DNA from: an uncultured Verrucomicrobiae bacterium
Lineage (GTDB): Bacteria; Verrucomicrobiota; Verrucomicrobiia; Limisphaerales; Palsa-1400
Assembly: GCA_963702845.1 (NCBI GenBank)
Contig: OY969763.1
Location: 3,136,001 to 3,200,000 of the forward strand
DNA: 64,000 nucleotides
Reading direction: 5' to 3'
The position numbers were made by a program, and so were the translations under genes. The notes beneath the pieces were generated by a model. That model saw only the letters and a list, made by a program, of their open reading frames with translations, was not told where the DNA came from and did no database searches. Below are positions 28,725 through 37,900 of the stretch, piece after piece. Within the stretch, counting starts at the first letter, position 1. Each line of letters starts with the position of its first letter.

Positions 28725-31700
28725 ATGTTTTGCAGCGTGCTGGTTTTGATGACGGGAATGTTGTCATCTTTTTGCAGCGAAAGTTTTCCCAAGCCCTACG
28801 ACTCGGAAACGAATGGCGCGCCCATGTCCGCATACCTCGCCGCGCAATCTTTTAAAATGCCGCCCGGTTTCAAGGTCACGGTTTTCGCCAGCGAACCGGA
28901 TGTCCGTCAACCGATAGCAATGACGTTCGATGCGCGCGGGCGATTGTGGGTCGCCGAAAATTACACCTATGCCGAAGCGAAAATAAAATACGACACCAAC
29001 CTTTCTGATCGTGTTCTGATTTTCGAAGATACCAATCACGACGGCCAGTTTGATAAAAGGACGGTTTTTTATGATCGCGCCAAAGTGCTCACTAGCGTCG
29101 AAGTCGGAATGGGCGGTGTGTTTCTGCTTTGCCCGCCGCGTCTCTTATTCATTCCAGATCGTAATCACGACGGTATTCCCGATGGTGAACCCGAAGTGTT
29201 GCTCGACGGCTTTGATGTGACTGGCGGAAATCATCACACGTTTGCGAACGGTCTTCGCTGGGGACCCGATGGCTGGCTCTGGGGACGGTTGGGAATTTCG
29301 AATACTCCGCGCCTCGGCCGGCCCGGCACACCGGAAGCCGAACGCGTTCACATGAATGGCGGAATCTGGCGGTATCATCCGACCCGTCACGTCGTTGAAG
29401 CCGTTTGCCAAGGCACCACGAATCCCTGGGGTCTCGATTGGAATCCCGTGGGAGAACCTTTTTTCATCAACACCGTCATCGGCCATCTTTGGCACGCAAT
29501 TCCCGGGGCGCACTTCAAACTCATGTATGGCGACGACACGAATCCGCATATCTACGGATTGATTGACCAACATGCGGACCATTACCACTTCGACACCGGC
29601 CAGAGTTGGACGAATTCGCGCGCGGCAATGGACGGCAGTTCTTTTGCCTCAAGCAGCGATTCGCTCGGCGGCGGCCACGCGCACACTGGCTTGATGATTT
29701 ATCAAGGCGACAATTGGCCAGAGGAATATCGCGGAAAACTTTTCACGATCAATTTTCACGGGCGACGCATCAATGTGGACCAGCTTAAACGCACAGGGTC
29801 TGGCTACGTCGGCCAGCACGGCCACAACTTGTTGACCATAGGCGATCCATGGTTTCGCGGCATCGACTTAATCGAAGGACCAGATGGCGGGGTTTTTATT
29901 TCGGACTGGTCGGACACCGGTGAATGTCATGATAACACTGGCGTGCATCGCAGTTCCGGTCGCATCTACAAAGTGACTTACGGCGAGCCGAGCTTGCCAA
30001 AGTTCGGCGATTTGACCCGCCTTTCCGATAAAGAATTACTGCCGGCGCTTTTTGCCTCCGACGAATGGACTGCTCGTCACGCGCGAAGAGAATTGACCGA
30101 CCGCGTTTTTGAAACGGGAAAAATTCCAGCCATCACGCGCCAACTTGAAAGCGCTTTTGCCAAAGAAAATACAGCGCCTCAAAAATTGCGCGCGCTTTGG
30201 GCGCTCGACGCCATCGCTGCAACCAGCAACGAATGGTTGCTGAAACAAACGCATCACGCGGATGAATCCATTCGAAGCTGGGCGGTGCGACTTCTCGCCG
30301 ACCGCATCGCCACCGTGGCGACGGTTTCCAGTTCCAAAGATCAGAAAATTCTAAAATCAATTCCGGCCCGGTTTGTTGAACTTGCCCGAAACGATTCTTC
30401 CGCGCTCGTTCGTCTTTACCTCGCATCTGCGTTGCAAAAACTGCCACTCGAATCGCGGCGCGAATTGGCGCTTGCGCTGGTCCATCATCCTGAAGATGTG
30501 GGCGACCACAACCTTGGTTTGATGATCTGGTTTGGTATCGAGCCTCTCGTCGGCGCGCAACCTGAGTCCAGCATCGAGTTGGCGCTCACCAGCCAACATC
30601 GCATCGTGCGGCAATACATTGCGCGACGTTTGGCCGAAGATATCGAAACGAAACCGCTCGGGTTGGAACACCTGCTGGCCGCGGCTCAACAAGAAACTGC
30701 CGAGAAAGCATTCGCCAAAAATTTCGAGGACATTCTGCACGGCATGAAGGAAGCGTTGCAGGGCTGGCACAAAGCGAAACCTCCCGCCAATTGGGAATCG
30801 TTCGCCAGGCGCGCGTCGGCGATTCAAGATCGCGAAATCCAGAACAACGTGCAGGAATTCCGCGTGCTTTTCGGAGATCGTCACGCGCTGGAGGTGGTTC
30901 GCCAGAATCTCATCGACACGAAGGCCGAACCCACCACACGCCGCCAGGCGTTGCGCACATTGCTCGACCATAACGCGGAAAATCTTGCGGTTTCACTTAA
31001 ACAGTTGGTGCACGAAAAATCGCTGGGCATCGACGCAATCATCGCCTTGATCGAACTCAACGATTCGGAAGGCGCCGATCTTGCCGTGAAACAGTATCAA
31101 ACCGCGAATGACAAAAACCGGCTGCGCCTGCTCGCTACACTCGTGACACGTCCGGCGGCTGCGACCATTTTGCTCAATGCAATTGGCGAAGGACTGATTG
31201 CGCGCTCTGACCTCACCCCGTTTTATGCCCGTCAAATCACGAGCTTCAATAACGTCGCGCTCACCCGGCGCCTTGGCGAGGTCTGGGGTGCGGTTCATTC
31301 CACCGATGCGCAGAAACGCGCCAGCATCGACCGCTTGCGTGGGGAGCTTTCTGAGGCTCGCCTGAAATCCGCTGACTTGAGTCAGGGTCGCCAGATTTTC
31401 AATAAGACCTGCGCCGTCTGTCACAAACTCTACGGCGAAGGCGGCAACGTTGGGCCTGACCTCACCGGATCCGGCCGCGCCAATTTGGATTACCTTCTCG
31501 AAAATGTCATCGATCCCAGCGCGGTGGTGCCCGCCGATTACCGAATGACCGTCGTCACCTTGAAAGATGATCGCGTGCTCAACGGCGTCCTCCGCAACCA
31601 AACAGAACGCACGATCTCGATCCAAAGCCAGACCGGCTTGGTCACAGTTGAGCGAAGTGAAATTGAATCGTTGCAAAACTCCGTGTTGTCCGTGATGCCC

Positions 31701-31790
31701 GAAGGATTGCTTGAAGCTTTAAAGCCGGACGATCGTCGCGATCTCATTGGCTTCCTCATGCAGCCGCAACAAGTTTCGAAGTCGAAGTAA
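28725..31790 (+). CDS. PVC-type membrane-bound dehydrogenase / heme-binding CxxCH protein
   Basis: FASEPDVRQPIAMTFDARGRLWVAE propeller, HEAT-like middle, CAVCH heme c motif, VGPDLTG, SVMPEGL; start uncertain. Confidence 0.9.
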   Translation: MFCSVLVLMTGMLSSFCSESFPKPYDSETNGAPMSAYLAAQSFKMPPGFKVTVFASEPDVRQPIAMTFDARGRLWVAENYTYAEAKIKYDTNLSDRVLIFEDTNHDGQFDKRTVFYDRAKVLTSVEVGMGGVFLLCPPRLLFIPDRNHDGIPDGEPEVLLDGFDVTGGNHHTFANGLRWGPDGWLWGRLGISNTPRLGRPGTPEAERVHMNGGIWRYHPTRHVVEAVCQGTTNPWGLDWNPVGEPFFINTVIGHLWHAIPGAHFKLMYGDDTNPHIYGLIDQHADHYHFDTGQSWTNSRAAMDGSSFASSSDSLGGGHAHTGLMIYQGDNWPEEYRGKLFTINFHGRRINVDQLKRTGSGYVGQHGHNLLTIGDPWFRGIDLIEGPDGGVFISDWSDTGECHDNTGVHRSSGRIYKVTYGEPSLPKFGDLTRLSDKELLPALFASDEWTARHARRELTDRVFETGKIPAITRQLESAFAKENTAPQKLRALWALDAIAATSNEWLLKQTHHADESIRSWAVRLLADRIATVATVSSSKDQKILKSIPARFVELARNDSSALVRLYLASALQKLPLESRRELALALVHHPEDVGDHNLGLMIWFGIEPLVGAQPESSIELALTSQHRIVRQYIARRLAEDIETKPLGLEHLLAAAQQETAEKAFAKNFEDILHGMKEALQGWHKAKPPANWESFARRASAIQDREIQNNVQEFRVLFGDRHALEVVRQNLIDTKAEPTTRRQALRTLLDHNAENLAVSLKQLVHEKSLGIDAIIALIELNDSEGADLAVKQYQTANDKNRLRLLATLVTRPAAATILLNAIGEGLIARSDLTPFYARQITSFNNVALTRRLGEVWGAVHSTDAQKRASIDRLRGELSEARLKSADLSQGRQIFNKTCAVCHKLYGEGGNVGPDLTGSGRANLDYLLENVIDPSAVVPADYRMTVVTLKDDRVLNGVLRNQTERTISIQSQTGLVTVERSEIESLQNSVLSVMPEGLLEALKPDDRRDLIGFLMQPQQVSKSK

Positions 31791-32011
31791 TTTCGAAACC
31801 TGGCGGTGTTAAAGTGTGCCCCTTGCGTCCCCACGCCGTGAACACGCGCAAACTGAAACTAAACTACTGATAAATGCGGGAACGCTTCTTAGTGGAAATG
31901 GCTTTTTATTAGATCAGCGGGAAAAGACCGCGGTATACGCCGAGTGCGCGGAAAGGTTTACAGAAGGGAACGAAGTGTTGTCTTTCCCGTGTTCAGTTAT
32001 GACCACGGCAT

Positions 32012-32115
32012 CCCCCCACCGGGGGGTTAGAGCCGTCAGGCCGTCAGGAATGTTGATGGTCAACATATTGTGACTGGTTTTACCCGTCATGCTGACGGCT
32101 GGTAGCCGTCAGGTT
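32012..32115. repeat. CCGTCAGG multi-box element, copy 1
   Basis: Boxes at 32033, 32041, 32084/32093 (inverted pair) and 32106; homologous to 53602-53705. Confidence 0.82.
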
Positions 32116-32242
32116 GCCGGGAACCCGTTGAGATTAGAACAAATTGTTTTGATCTTCGCTGCCGCGAAGCGCCTGACGGCTGGTTGCTGGCAGTGAACGC
32201 GCCAACCGGTCCAGTGGAACGCCACTAAAGCTAGAGGTGCCG

Positions 32243-32411
32243 AGAGGCGAAGATGGATGGAAGATGGCAAGCTTGCCTACGATTCGCCACGGCACGCTGC
32301 GCGGGACTTCCTGGCTGCGCTTGTCAGGAACACGAAGGCCAGGCTTTTTTTCCAGACGCTCAATAAAGCCAATGTTTATGCAATCGTGTATCGACTCCAA
32401 ACCGCGAAGAA
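32243..32411 (+). pseudogene. Fragment of a YdeI/OmpD-associated family gene (inverted copy of 36354-36527)
   Basis: Encodes AYDSP...DFLAALVRNTKARLFFQTLNKANVYAIVYRLQTAKK with indels. Confidence 0.8.
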
Positions 32412-32540
32412 ACACGATCAACTCCTTCGTCGCACAGTCGTGAAGTTCGTTTGGGGTTTTCGCACCGGCACCGTCGTCGATTTGGGGTAGCTTGACCTAC
32501 CGAAAGGAGCTAACTACCCTTCACCAGACTCAGCCTCAGG

Positions 32541-33254
32541 ATGAGACGGAACTCTCAATTGTTCTTCCGTGCATTTGTTGCCGTTGCCGTTGCGACGGGC
32601 GCAGCCTTACCTGTTCTCTGGCCAATCCTTTCGGGGACAAACAAGGACTATGATCGTGGGGGGCTGATCTTTATTGTGTCGTTGATGGCGATGGGCAATG
32701 TCGGCTTTTTAGCGGCTGCGCTTTGGGCGAAGCGGAAAGAATCCAGACCGGTGAAAGTGCCTCGAATTCCGATTGAGACGGCGAACCGATTTCTCGCGAC
32801 TTTCGGGATTACGAAACCGACAAAGGATTATGAACGATGGGTAAAGGAGGATGGGTTCGATCTCGATGATTTTGCAAACGTTCTAACCGAGAGCCCTTTC
32901 ATTTTTGTTGTCGACTGGAGGGCAGACATCGCAGATGAGCTTCCGCGAATCGTCGACGGCCTCGCGAAGCTTAGGGTCAGGCTAGAGAGCAAAGTAGATG
33001 CAGTTGCCAGCACAGCATTCGTCGGCAGCGGTGAAAACAAAATTCTAGTGAAGTACGTGCCAGCTGATCACGACGACTTCACGGACACGATTGTGGCGAT
33101 CCAATCAGTTGTTCCGTCGCACATCGAATTTCGGAAATCGCCAGATAACGAACTTAGGGATACATGGTACTTTGCGGCGCTGCCACGGGCTGAATGGTCG
33201 GAACTTGAAGCACTGGATTCGGCGGCTCTGCAGAGGTTGTATGTTCCGCTATAG
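32541..33254 (+). CDS. Hypothetical protein, two N-terminal TM helices plus a soluble domain
   Basis: 237-aa ORF with an AGG before the ATG; FVVDWR...DTWYF segment; no confident family. Confidence 0.7.
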   Translation: MRRNSQLFFRAFVAVAVATGAALPVLWPILSGTNKDYDRGGLIFIVSLMAMGNVGFLAAALWAKRKESRPVKVPRIPIETANRFLATFGITKPTKDYERWVKEDGFDLDDFANVLTESPFIFVVDWRADIADELPRIVDGLAKLRVRLESKVDAVASTAFVGSGENKILVKYVPADHDDFTDTIVAIQSVVPSHIEFRKSPDNELRDTWYFAALPRAEWSELEALDSAALQRLYVPL

Positions 33255-33290
33255 TACGTGGATTGGTCGACAGGAATTGCTGAGAGGTTT

Positions 33291-33400
33291 TTAGCTCCTT
33301 TGTCGCGCTGTCGTGAAACTTCGTTTTGGGCTTTTACCCAGGGTAGCGCCCCGCATCCCTCCGCAACACCTGGGCTAAATGCTTTAACCCCGTCGGGGTT
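33291..33400 (+). repeat. REP-like element (tnpA-flanking family), orphan copy
   Basis: ACCCAGGGTAG...CAACACCTGGGCT...AACCCCGTCGGGGTT. Confidence 0.75.
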
Positions 33401-33431
33401 TCTGGAAGCTGCGTTCCAAATTGAGTCGGGA

Positions 33432-34274
33432 TTATGCGATTTCTATCACGAGGGCGGTTGTGTTGTCGCGACCGCTCTTTTCCACCGCCTCTTTCACCAG
33501 GCGTTGAGCTAGATCCGCGCGCGATTGCCCCGATTTTGATTCGTGGAGGATTTCTACCACGTGGTGATCATAAAGGCCCTCGACCAAGCCGTCCGTGCAC
33601 AGCAGAAAAATATCGCCGCTTTCGTAGCCAACTGCGCCGAGTTGCGGGTCGACGAATTGATTGCCGCCGCCGAGCGCTTTCTGCAATACGCTTCGTCGTG
33701 GATGTGTCCGAGCTTCCCGTTCGCTGATCTTGCCGTTGCGAAATAACCAGGCTACGTGCGTATCGTCGTGACTGAGCTGTTTGATCTTGTCCTCCTTTGC
33801 GGGGAGGTAATAGAGGCGACTGTCGCCGATGTGCCCGAAATGCATCCAGCCGGGGGTAAACCAGCAAAGGGTCAGCGTGGCTTCCATTCCATTGCATTCC
33901 TCGTAACTGCCACCCAGGTAGACCAACGCCTTGTGCACCTCGCCGAAAAGCTCTGTCAGCACGCCATCGTAGTCCGTTATGAAGCCGGTCGCGGATTGTT
34001 TGAAAGAGCGCGGGAGTAAAGTCGTGATCTTTTCGATAGTGATGCGACTGGCGTATTCGCCCGCGAGCGCGCCGCCCATGCCGTCGCTCACCGCGAAGGC
34101 AAAATCGGTTTTCGCGGTCGAGGTCTCGCCTGATTTGCCAAGTCGATGAACTTCTTTGGCATCAAATCGCAGCGCCAAAAAGGCGTCCTCATTGTTGGGA
34201 CGCACCTTGCCACGATCGGTGTAACCGGACCATTTGAGCAACGCAGGGGTGGAAACGTCTTGGGGAGGATTCAT
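33432..34274 (-). CDS. PP2C/PPM family Ser/Thr protein phosphatase
   Basis: TDRGKVRPNNEDAF, VSDGMGG, HIGDSRLY, LLCTDGL, GRDNTT. Confidence 0.93.
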   Translation of the reverse strand: MNPPQDVSTPALLKWSGYTDRGKVRPNNEDAFLALRFDAKEVHRLGKSGETSTAKTDFAFAVSDGMGGALAGEYASRITIEKITTLLPRSFKQSATGFITDYDGVLTELFGEVHKALVYLGGSYEECNGMEATLTLCWFTPGWMHFGHIGDSRLYYLPAKEDKIKQLSHDDTHVAWLFRNGKISEREARTHPRRSVLQKALGGGNQFVDPQLGAVGYESGDIFLLCTDGLVEGLYDHHVVEILHESKSGQSRADLAQRLVKEAVEKSGRDNTTALVIEIA

Positions 34275-34669
34275 TGCGGGGGCTTCGGCGTTTTATCGGA
34301 AAGAATCGTCGCGAGTTCGAAATCCACGAGACAGAAGCGACCGTCGGATTGGCGATACGTGACATTTCGCGGGTCTGGATCGTCGTGGCGCACGCCGTAG
34401 CTTTCAAGTTCCGCAAGCAATTCCTGCAATCGTTCGTCATCGATCCGTTCAACGCGCGACCCGCAACTGGTGGTGACGATTCTCGTTTCGACCGGGTCCG
34501 CTTCGAGCAGGCGTGGCACAAATTTGCACCGTTGTTGCTCCAAATATCGAAGGACCTCTACCTCATGATCGAAACGCTCGCGGGCGTTGGGGCCGTGATA
34601 GGATTTCACGACCCGACCATCGAAGGTCAGGTTGACGGTCGAGCGCAGCGTGTCTTTAACTTTTAGCAC
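34271..34669 (-). CDS. Minimal protein-kinase-like protein (RIO/Kdo/APH-like fold)
   Basis: VVK, HEVEVL, HDDPDPRN and VDFE motifs within 132 aa; its stop overlaps the PP2C start (ATGA). Confidence 0.75.
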   Translation of the reverse strand: MLKVKDTLRSTVNLTFDGRVVKSYHGPNARERFDHEVEVLRYLEQQRCKFVPRLLEADPVETRIVTTSCGSRVERIDDERLQELLAELESYGVRHDDPDPRNVTYRQSDGRFCLVDFELATILSDKTPKPPQ

Positions 34670-34970
34670 TTCGCAGAGAATAATCGCGTAAAGGAAAGGG
34701 CTTGAAAAGCACCGTTCAACAGGCGTCGAGAGATGGCTAAATTTTACCAGCCTGAAATAAACTCAACAGCGATTGCGCCGAAAACATATAGGCACAGAAA
34801 GGTTATATTTTAAATTTGCGCGTCGAAACGCCTTATTAATACGGTTTTAATACGTCTGCCTCCAATTTGCTTGCGGCATGGCATTTTCCCTGCTGAGCTT
34901 ATGTGCGCCGGTGGAAGCTGAACCTATTCCCCTGCGATTTACAAAGATCCGTTTAACCCTGTATAAACAA

Positions 34971-36059
34971 ATGGCGAAATATAAATTAGAGTACATTTGG
35001 CTGGACGGCTATGAGCCCGTTCCCAACCTCCGCAGTAAAACCAAGATCGTCGAATATTCCAAGTTTCCGAAGCTGAGCGAATTGCCCTGGTGGGGCTTCG
35101 ATGGCAGCTCGACGCGCCAGGCCGAAGGCAAAACCTCGGACTGCATGCTGAAACCCGTTGCGGTTTATCCCGATTCCACCCGCAAGAACGGCGCGCTGGT
35201 GATGTGCGAAGTTTACATGCCCGACATGAAGACGCCGCATCCGAGCAATAGTCGCGCACCGATCCTGGACGATTCCGGCGCGTGGTTCGGCTTCGAGCAG
35301 GAATATTTCTTCTGGAAGGACAATGCTCCGATCGGTTTCCCCGCCAACGGCGGCTATCCCTATCCGCAGGGTGAATATTACACTGGCGTTGGTTACAAGG
35401 GCGTCGGTTGCGTCGCTCGTGAATTGGCCGAGAAGCACATTGATCTGTGCCTCGACGCTGGCATCAACATCGAAGGCATCAACGCTGAAGTTGCGAAGGG
35501 CCAATGGGAATTCCAGATCTTCGGCAAAGGTTCCCGCACCGCCGCCGACCAGATGTGGGTTGCGCGCTACATCCTGATGCGCCTGTGCGAGTCTTACGGC
35601 ATCGATATCAACTGGCATTGCAAGCCGCTGGGCAAGGACGTCGATTGGAACGGCTCCGGCATGCACAGCAACTTCTCGACGACCTACATGCGCGAAGTCG
35701 GTGGCCAGGAATACTTCGAGAAACTGATGGCGGCATTCGACAAATACAAGAACGAACACATCGCCGTGTATGGCCCGGACAACCATCTGCGCCTGACCGG
35801 TCTGCACGAAACGCAGTCCATCGACAAGTTCAACTACGGCGTGGCCAACCGCGGTGCTTCCGTGCGCGTCCCGCACAGCTTCGTGAACGATGACTTCAAG
35901 GGTTACCTCGAAGATCGTCGTCCGAATTCGCAGGGCGACCCGTACAAAATCGCCAGCCGCATCCTGCAGACGATTGCCACCGTTCCGACGAGCCCGGCCA
36001 AGGGTGCGAAGAGAAATGGAAATGGCAAACTCGGCAAGCGCGAAGTGGTGGCTGCTTAA
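34971..36059 (+). CDS. glnII: Glutamine synthetase, type II (GSII-like)
   Basis: KLEYIWLDG, WGFDGSST, FGFEQEY, INAEVAKGQWEFQ, DWNGSGMH, RLTGLHET, GYLEDRRP; 362 aa. Confidence 0.9.
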   Translation: MAKYKLEYIWLDGYEPVPNLRSKTKIVEYSKFPKLSELPWWGFDGSSTRQAEGKTSDCMLKPVAVYPDSTRKNGALVMCEVYMPDMKTPHPSNSRAPILDDSGAWFGFEQEYFFWKDNAPIGFPANGGYPYPQGEYYTGVGYKGVGCVARELAEKHIDLCLDAGINIEGINAEVAKGQWEFQIFGKGSRTAADQMWVARYILMRLCESYGIDINWHCKPLGKDVDWNGSGMHSNFSTTYMREVGGQEYFEKLMAAFDKYKNEHIAVYGPDNHLRLTGLHETQSIDKFNYGVANRGASVRVPHSFVNDDFKGYLEDRRPNSQGDPYKIASRILQTIATVPTSPAKGAKRNGNGKLGKREVVAA

Positions 36060-36120
36060 GCGGCTCGGAGCTGGCAGCGTTTTTTGCCTCCACTATTACG
36101 CTTAGTGGGGGTGCTCAAAG

Positions 36121-36153
36121 CGGCGCGGACGAAAGTCCGCGCCGTTTCGCTTT
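36121..36153 (+). terminator. Rho-independent terminator
   Basis: CGGCGCGGAC-GAAA-GTCCGCGCCG followed by TTTCGCTTT. Confidence 0.75.
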
Positions 36154-36280
36154 CGACCACGGATTACGCGGATAGGAAATTTTATCAGTGCATTCCGCCT
36201 AATCCGCTGTTTATTTTCTGAAAAACCAGAGGATTAGGGACAAGAGGAGGCTCAGAAGCAAGACCCAGTATTCGCCAAAC

Positions 36281-36647
36281 TCACGGATGAAACTTTTCAC
36301 CGCGCTCCAACATTTCCACGATCATCTTCATTCGCCTGGCTCTTGTTTCGGGCTTCTTCGCGGTTTGAAGGCGATACACGATTGCATAAACATTGGCTTT
36401 ATTGAGTGTCTGGAAAAAAAGCGTGGCCTTCGTGTTCCTGGCAAGCGCAGCCAGGAAGTCCTCTGGCGGAGCAGCCTGCCTCGGCGAATCGTAGGCAGCT
36501 TGCCATCTTCCATCCGCCTTCGCCTCTTCCACAGCTTTGCGGCCTGCACTTTCCATCAGCCCGGATCGCGTGAGTCGTTCGACGTGTTGCGTGTTAGTTT
36601 TCGACCACCCGCTGCCCGCACGTCGCGGAGTGAACTTCTGCAGCCAA
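36281..36647 (-). pseudogene. 5'-truncated YdeI/OmpD-associated family gene
   Basis: In-frame WLQKFTPRRAGSGWSKTN...GLMESAGRKAVEEAKADGRW...RLQTAKKPETRARR; the N-terminal third and a start codon are missing. Confidence 0.78.
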
Positions 36648-36731
36648 AAAAGGGGTCGGTTCTTTGTATTGACAACTAAATGGCAGCCGCCGGAAAACTC
36701 AGGCCGATTTATCGGAGCCTGTTGCAGTCCT

Positions 36732-36789
36732 AACTGTTCGACAACACTTCAATCCGGCATTCCCGATTTCAGATAAAAGATAGAAGACC
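36732..36789. repeat. ~57-bp imperfect direct repeat, copy 1
   Basis: AACTGTTCGACAACACTTCAATCCGGCATTCCCGATTTCAGATAAAAGATAGAAGACC, similar to 37517-37573. Confidence 0.75.
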
Positions 36790-37001
36790 GCTGGAGAAAG
36801 TTGAGGGTTGAGTGCAACGCAGAATTACAAATCACAGATTACAAAAACATCGAAGGGCGATTGCAAATTGGCGGTGCGGGAAATTTGAACAAATTGTTTT
36901 GATGTTCGGTGCGAGTCGCACTTCCCAAACCGTGAACCGGTTGAAAACCTGCGCTAGGTAGCAATGCCGGTTTGCACCGAAGTTTGGCGCGTCACATCTG
37001 T

Positions 37002-37448
37002 TCAATTGTAAGATTTTAGCACAACGCCAGCTACCAGAATGAATGCGGTTCCGAGGCCGAAAAAACACCACGTTCCGCCGTGAATGCCGGGTTCAAGAAC
37101 GGCCTGGGCAGGATCGGACGGGTTGTAATGCACTAATACTTTTTTGCCGACGGGATAGATGCGTGAGTCATCAAATGAGGAGGAGCCCCCCATCATTCCG
37201 AATGCGATGGTTTCGCCGGTGAACTCCGAGGCGCCGACGTTGTAATCGTAGGTGATCTTCGGTGACCAGGTCGTTCCTCCTTCTCCACTACTACGTGATG
37301 TCATTTCGGCTGTGCGAATGATGCCGTCAACAACCGGCCAACCGTAGGTTCGGAGGCTTTGCACGACTAACCATCCGCCTATACAAACCATGGCAAGGCC
37401 AAAGAGAAAAAACAGCCGTAAAAATCTGATGCTTTGTTTGGGTTTCAT
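37002..37448 (-). CDS. DUF3592 family membrane protein
   Basis: TM-WPVVDGII...YDYNVG...YPVGKKVLVHYNPSDPAQAVL-TM. Confidence 0.85.
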   Translation of the reverse strand: MKPKQSIRFLRLFFLFGLAMVCIGGWLVVQSLRTYGWPVVDGIIRTAEMTSRSSGEGGTTWSPKITYDYNVGASEFTGETIAFGMMGGSSSFDDSRIYPVGKKVLVHYNPSDPAQAVLEPGIHGGTWCFFGLGTAFILVAGVVLKSYN

Positions 37449-37516
37449 AACATCTTTTTTGCGAAGGATTAAATAAGTTCAGGTATCAGTGTCAACTATT
37501 TCAGGTAATCGGTTTC

Positions 37517-37573
37517 AACTGTTGACACAACTTTAATCCGCCATCCTCGATTTCAGTTAAAAGATTGAAGACC
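37517..37573. repeat. ~57-bp imperfect direct repeat, copy 2
   Basis: AACTGTTGACACAACTTTAATCCGCCATCCTCGATTTCAGTTAAAAGATTGAAGACC. Confidence 0.75.
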
Positions 37574-37900
37574 AGATGAGGCCGGATTCGTTGCGGCCGA
37601 TGAGCGGTCTCAACGATCAACCGTTTCAACTAGATACTCTTGAAACAGTGTCTACTTTACCATAGACTAACGCAGCTACTGAACGTGCAGCCCGGGAGCC
37701 AAGAGGACTGATCAAAGGCGGACTTGTCGCGCCGAAGCCTTGGCGAAGGCGGATTGTTCTTTGACAGTGTGGGACGTTCCGGACGGCCGATTGGTTCTTA
37801 ATGTGAAACAGCAACGTCATCACCGCGTTCAGTGCAGGTGTGTGTTAGATTCTAAACAACTAGCGCGCCTAGCAAAAAGGAGAATGTCACCATTAATAGG

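Noticed and set aside
34875..34890. Sigma54 promoter and NtrC-like boxes upstream of glnII
   Set aside because: CGGCATGGCATTTTCC lacks the invariant -12 GC, and the nearby palindromes are too weak to call.
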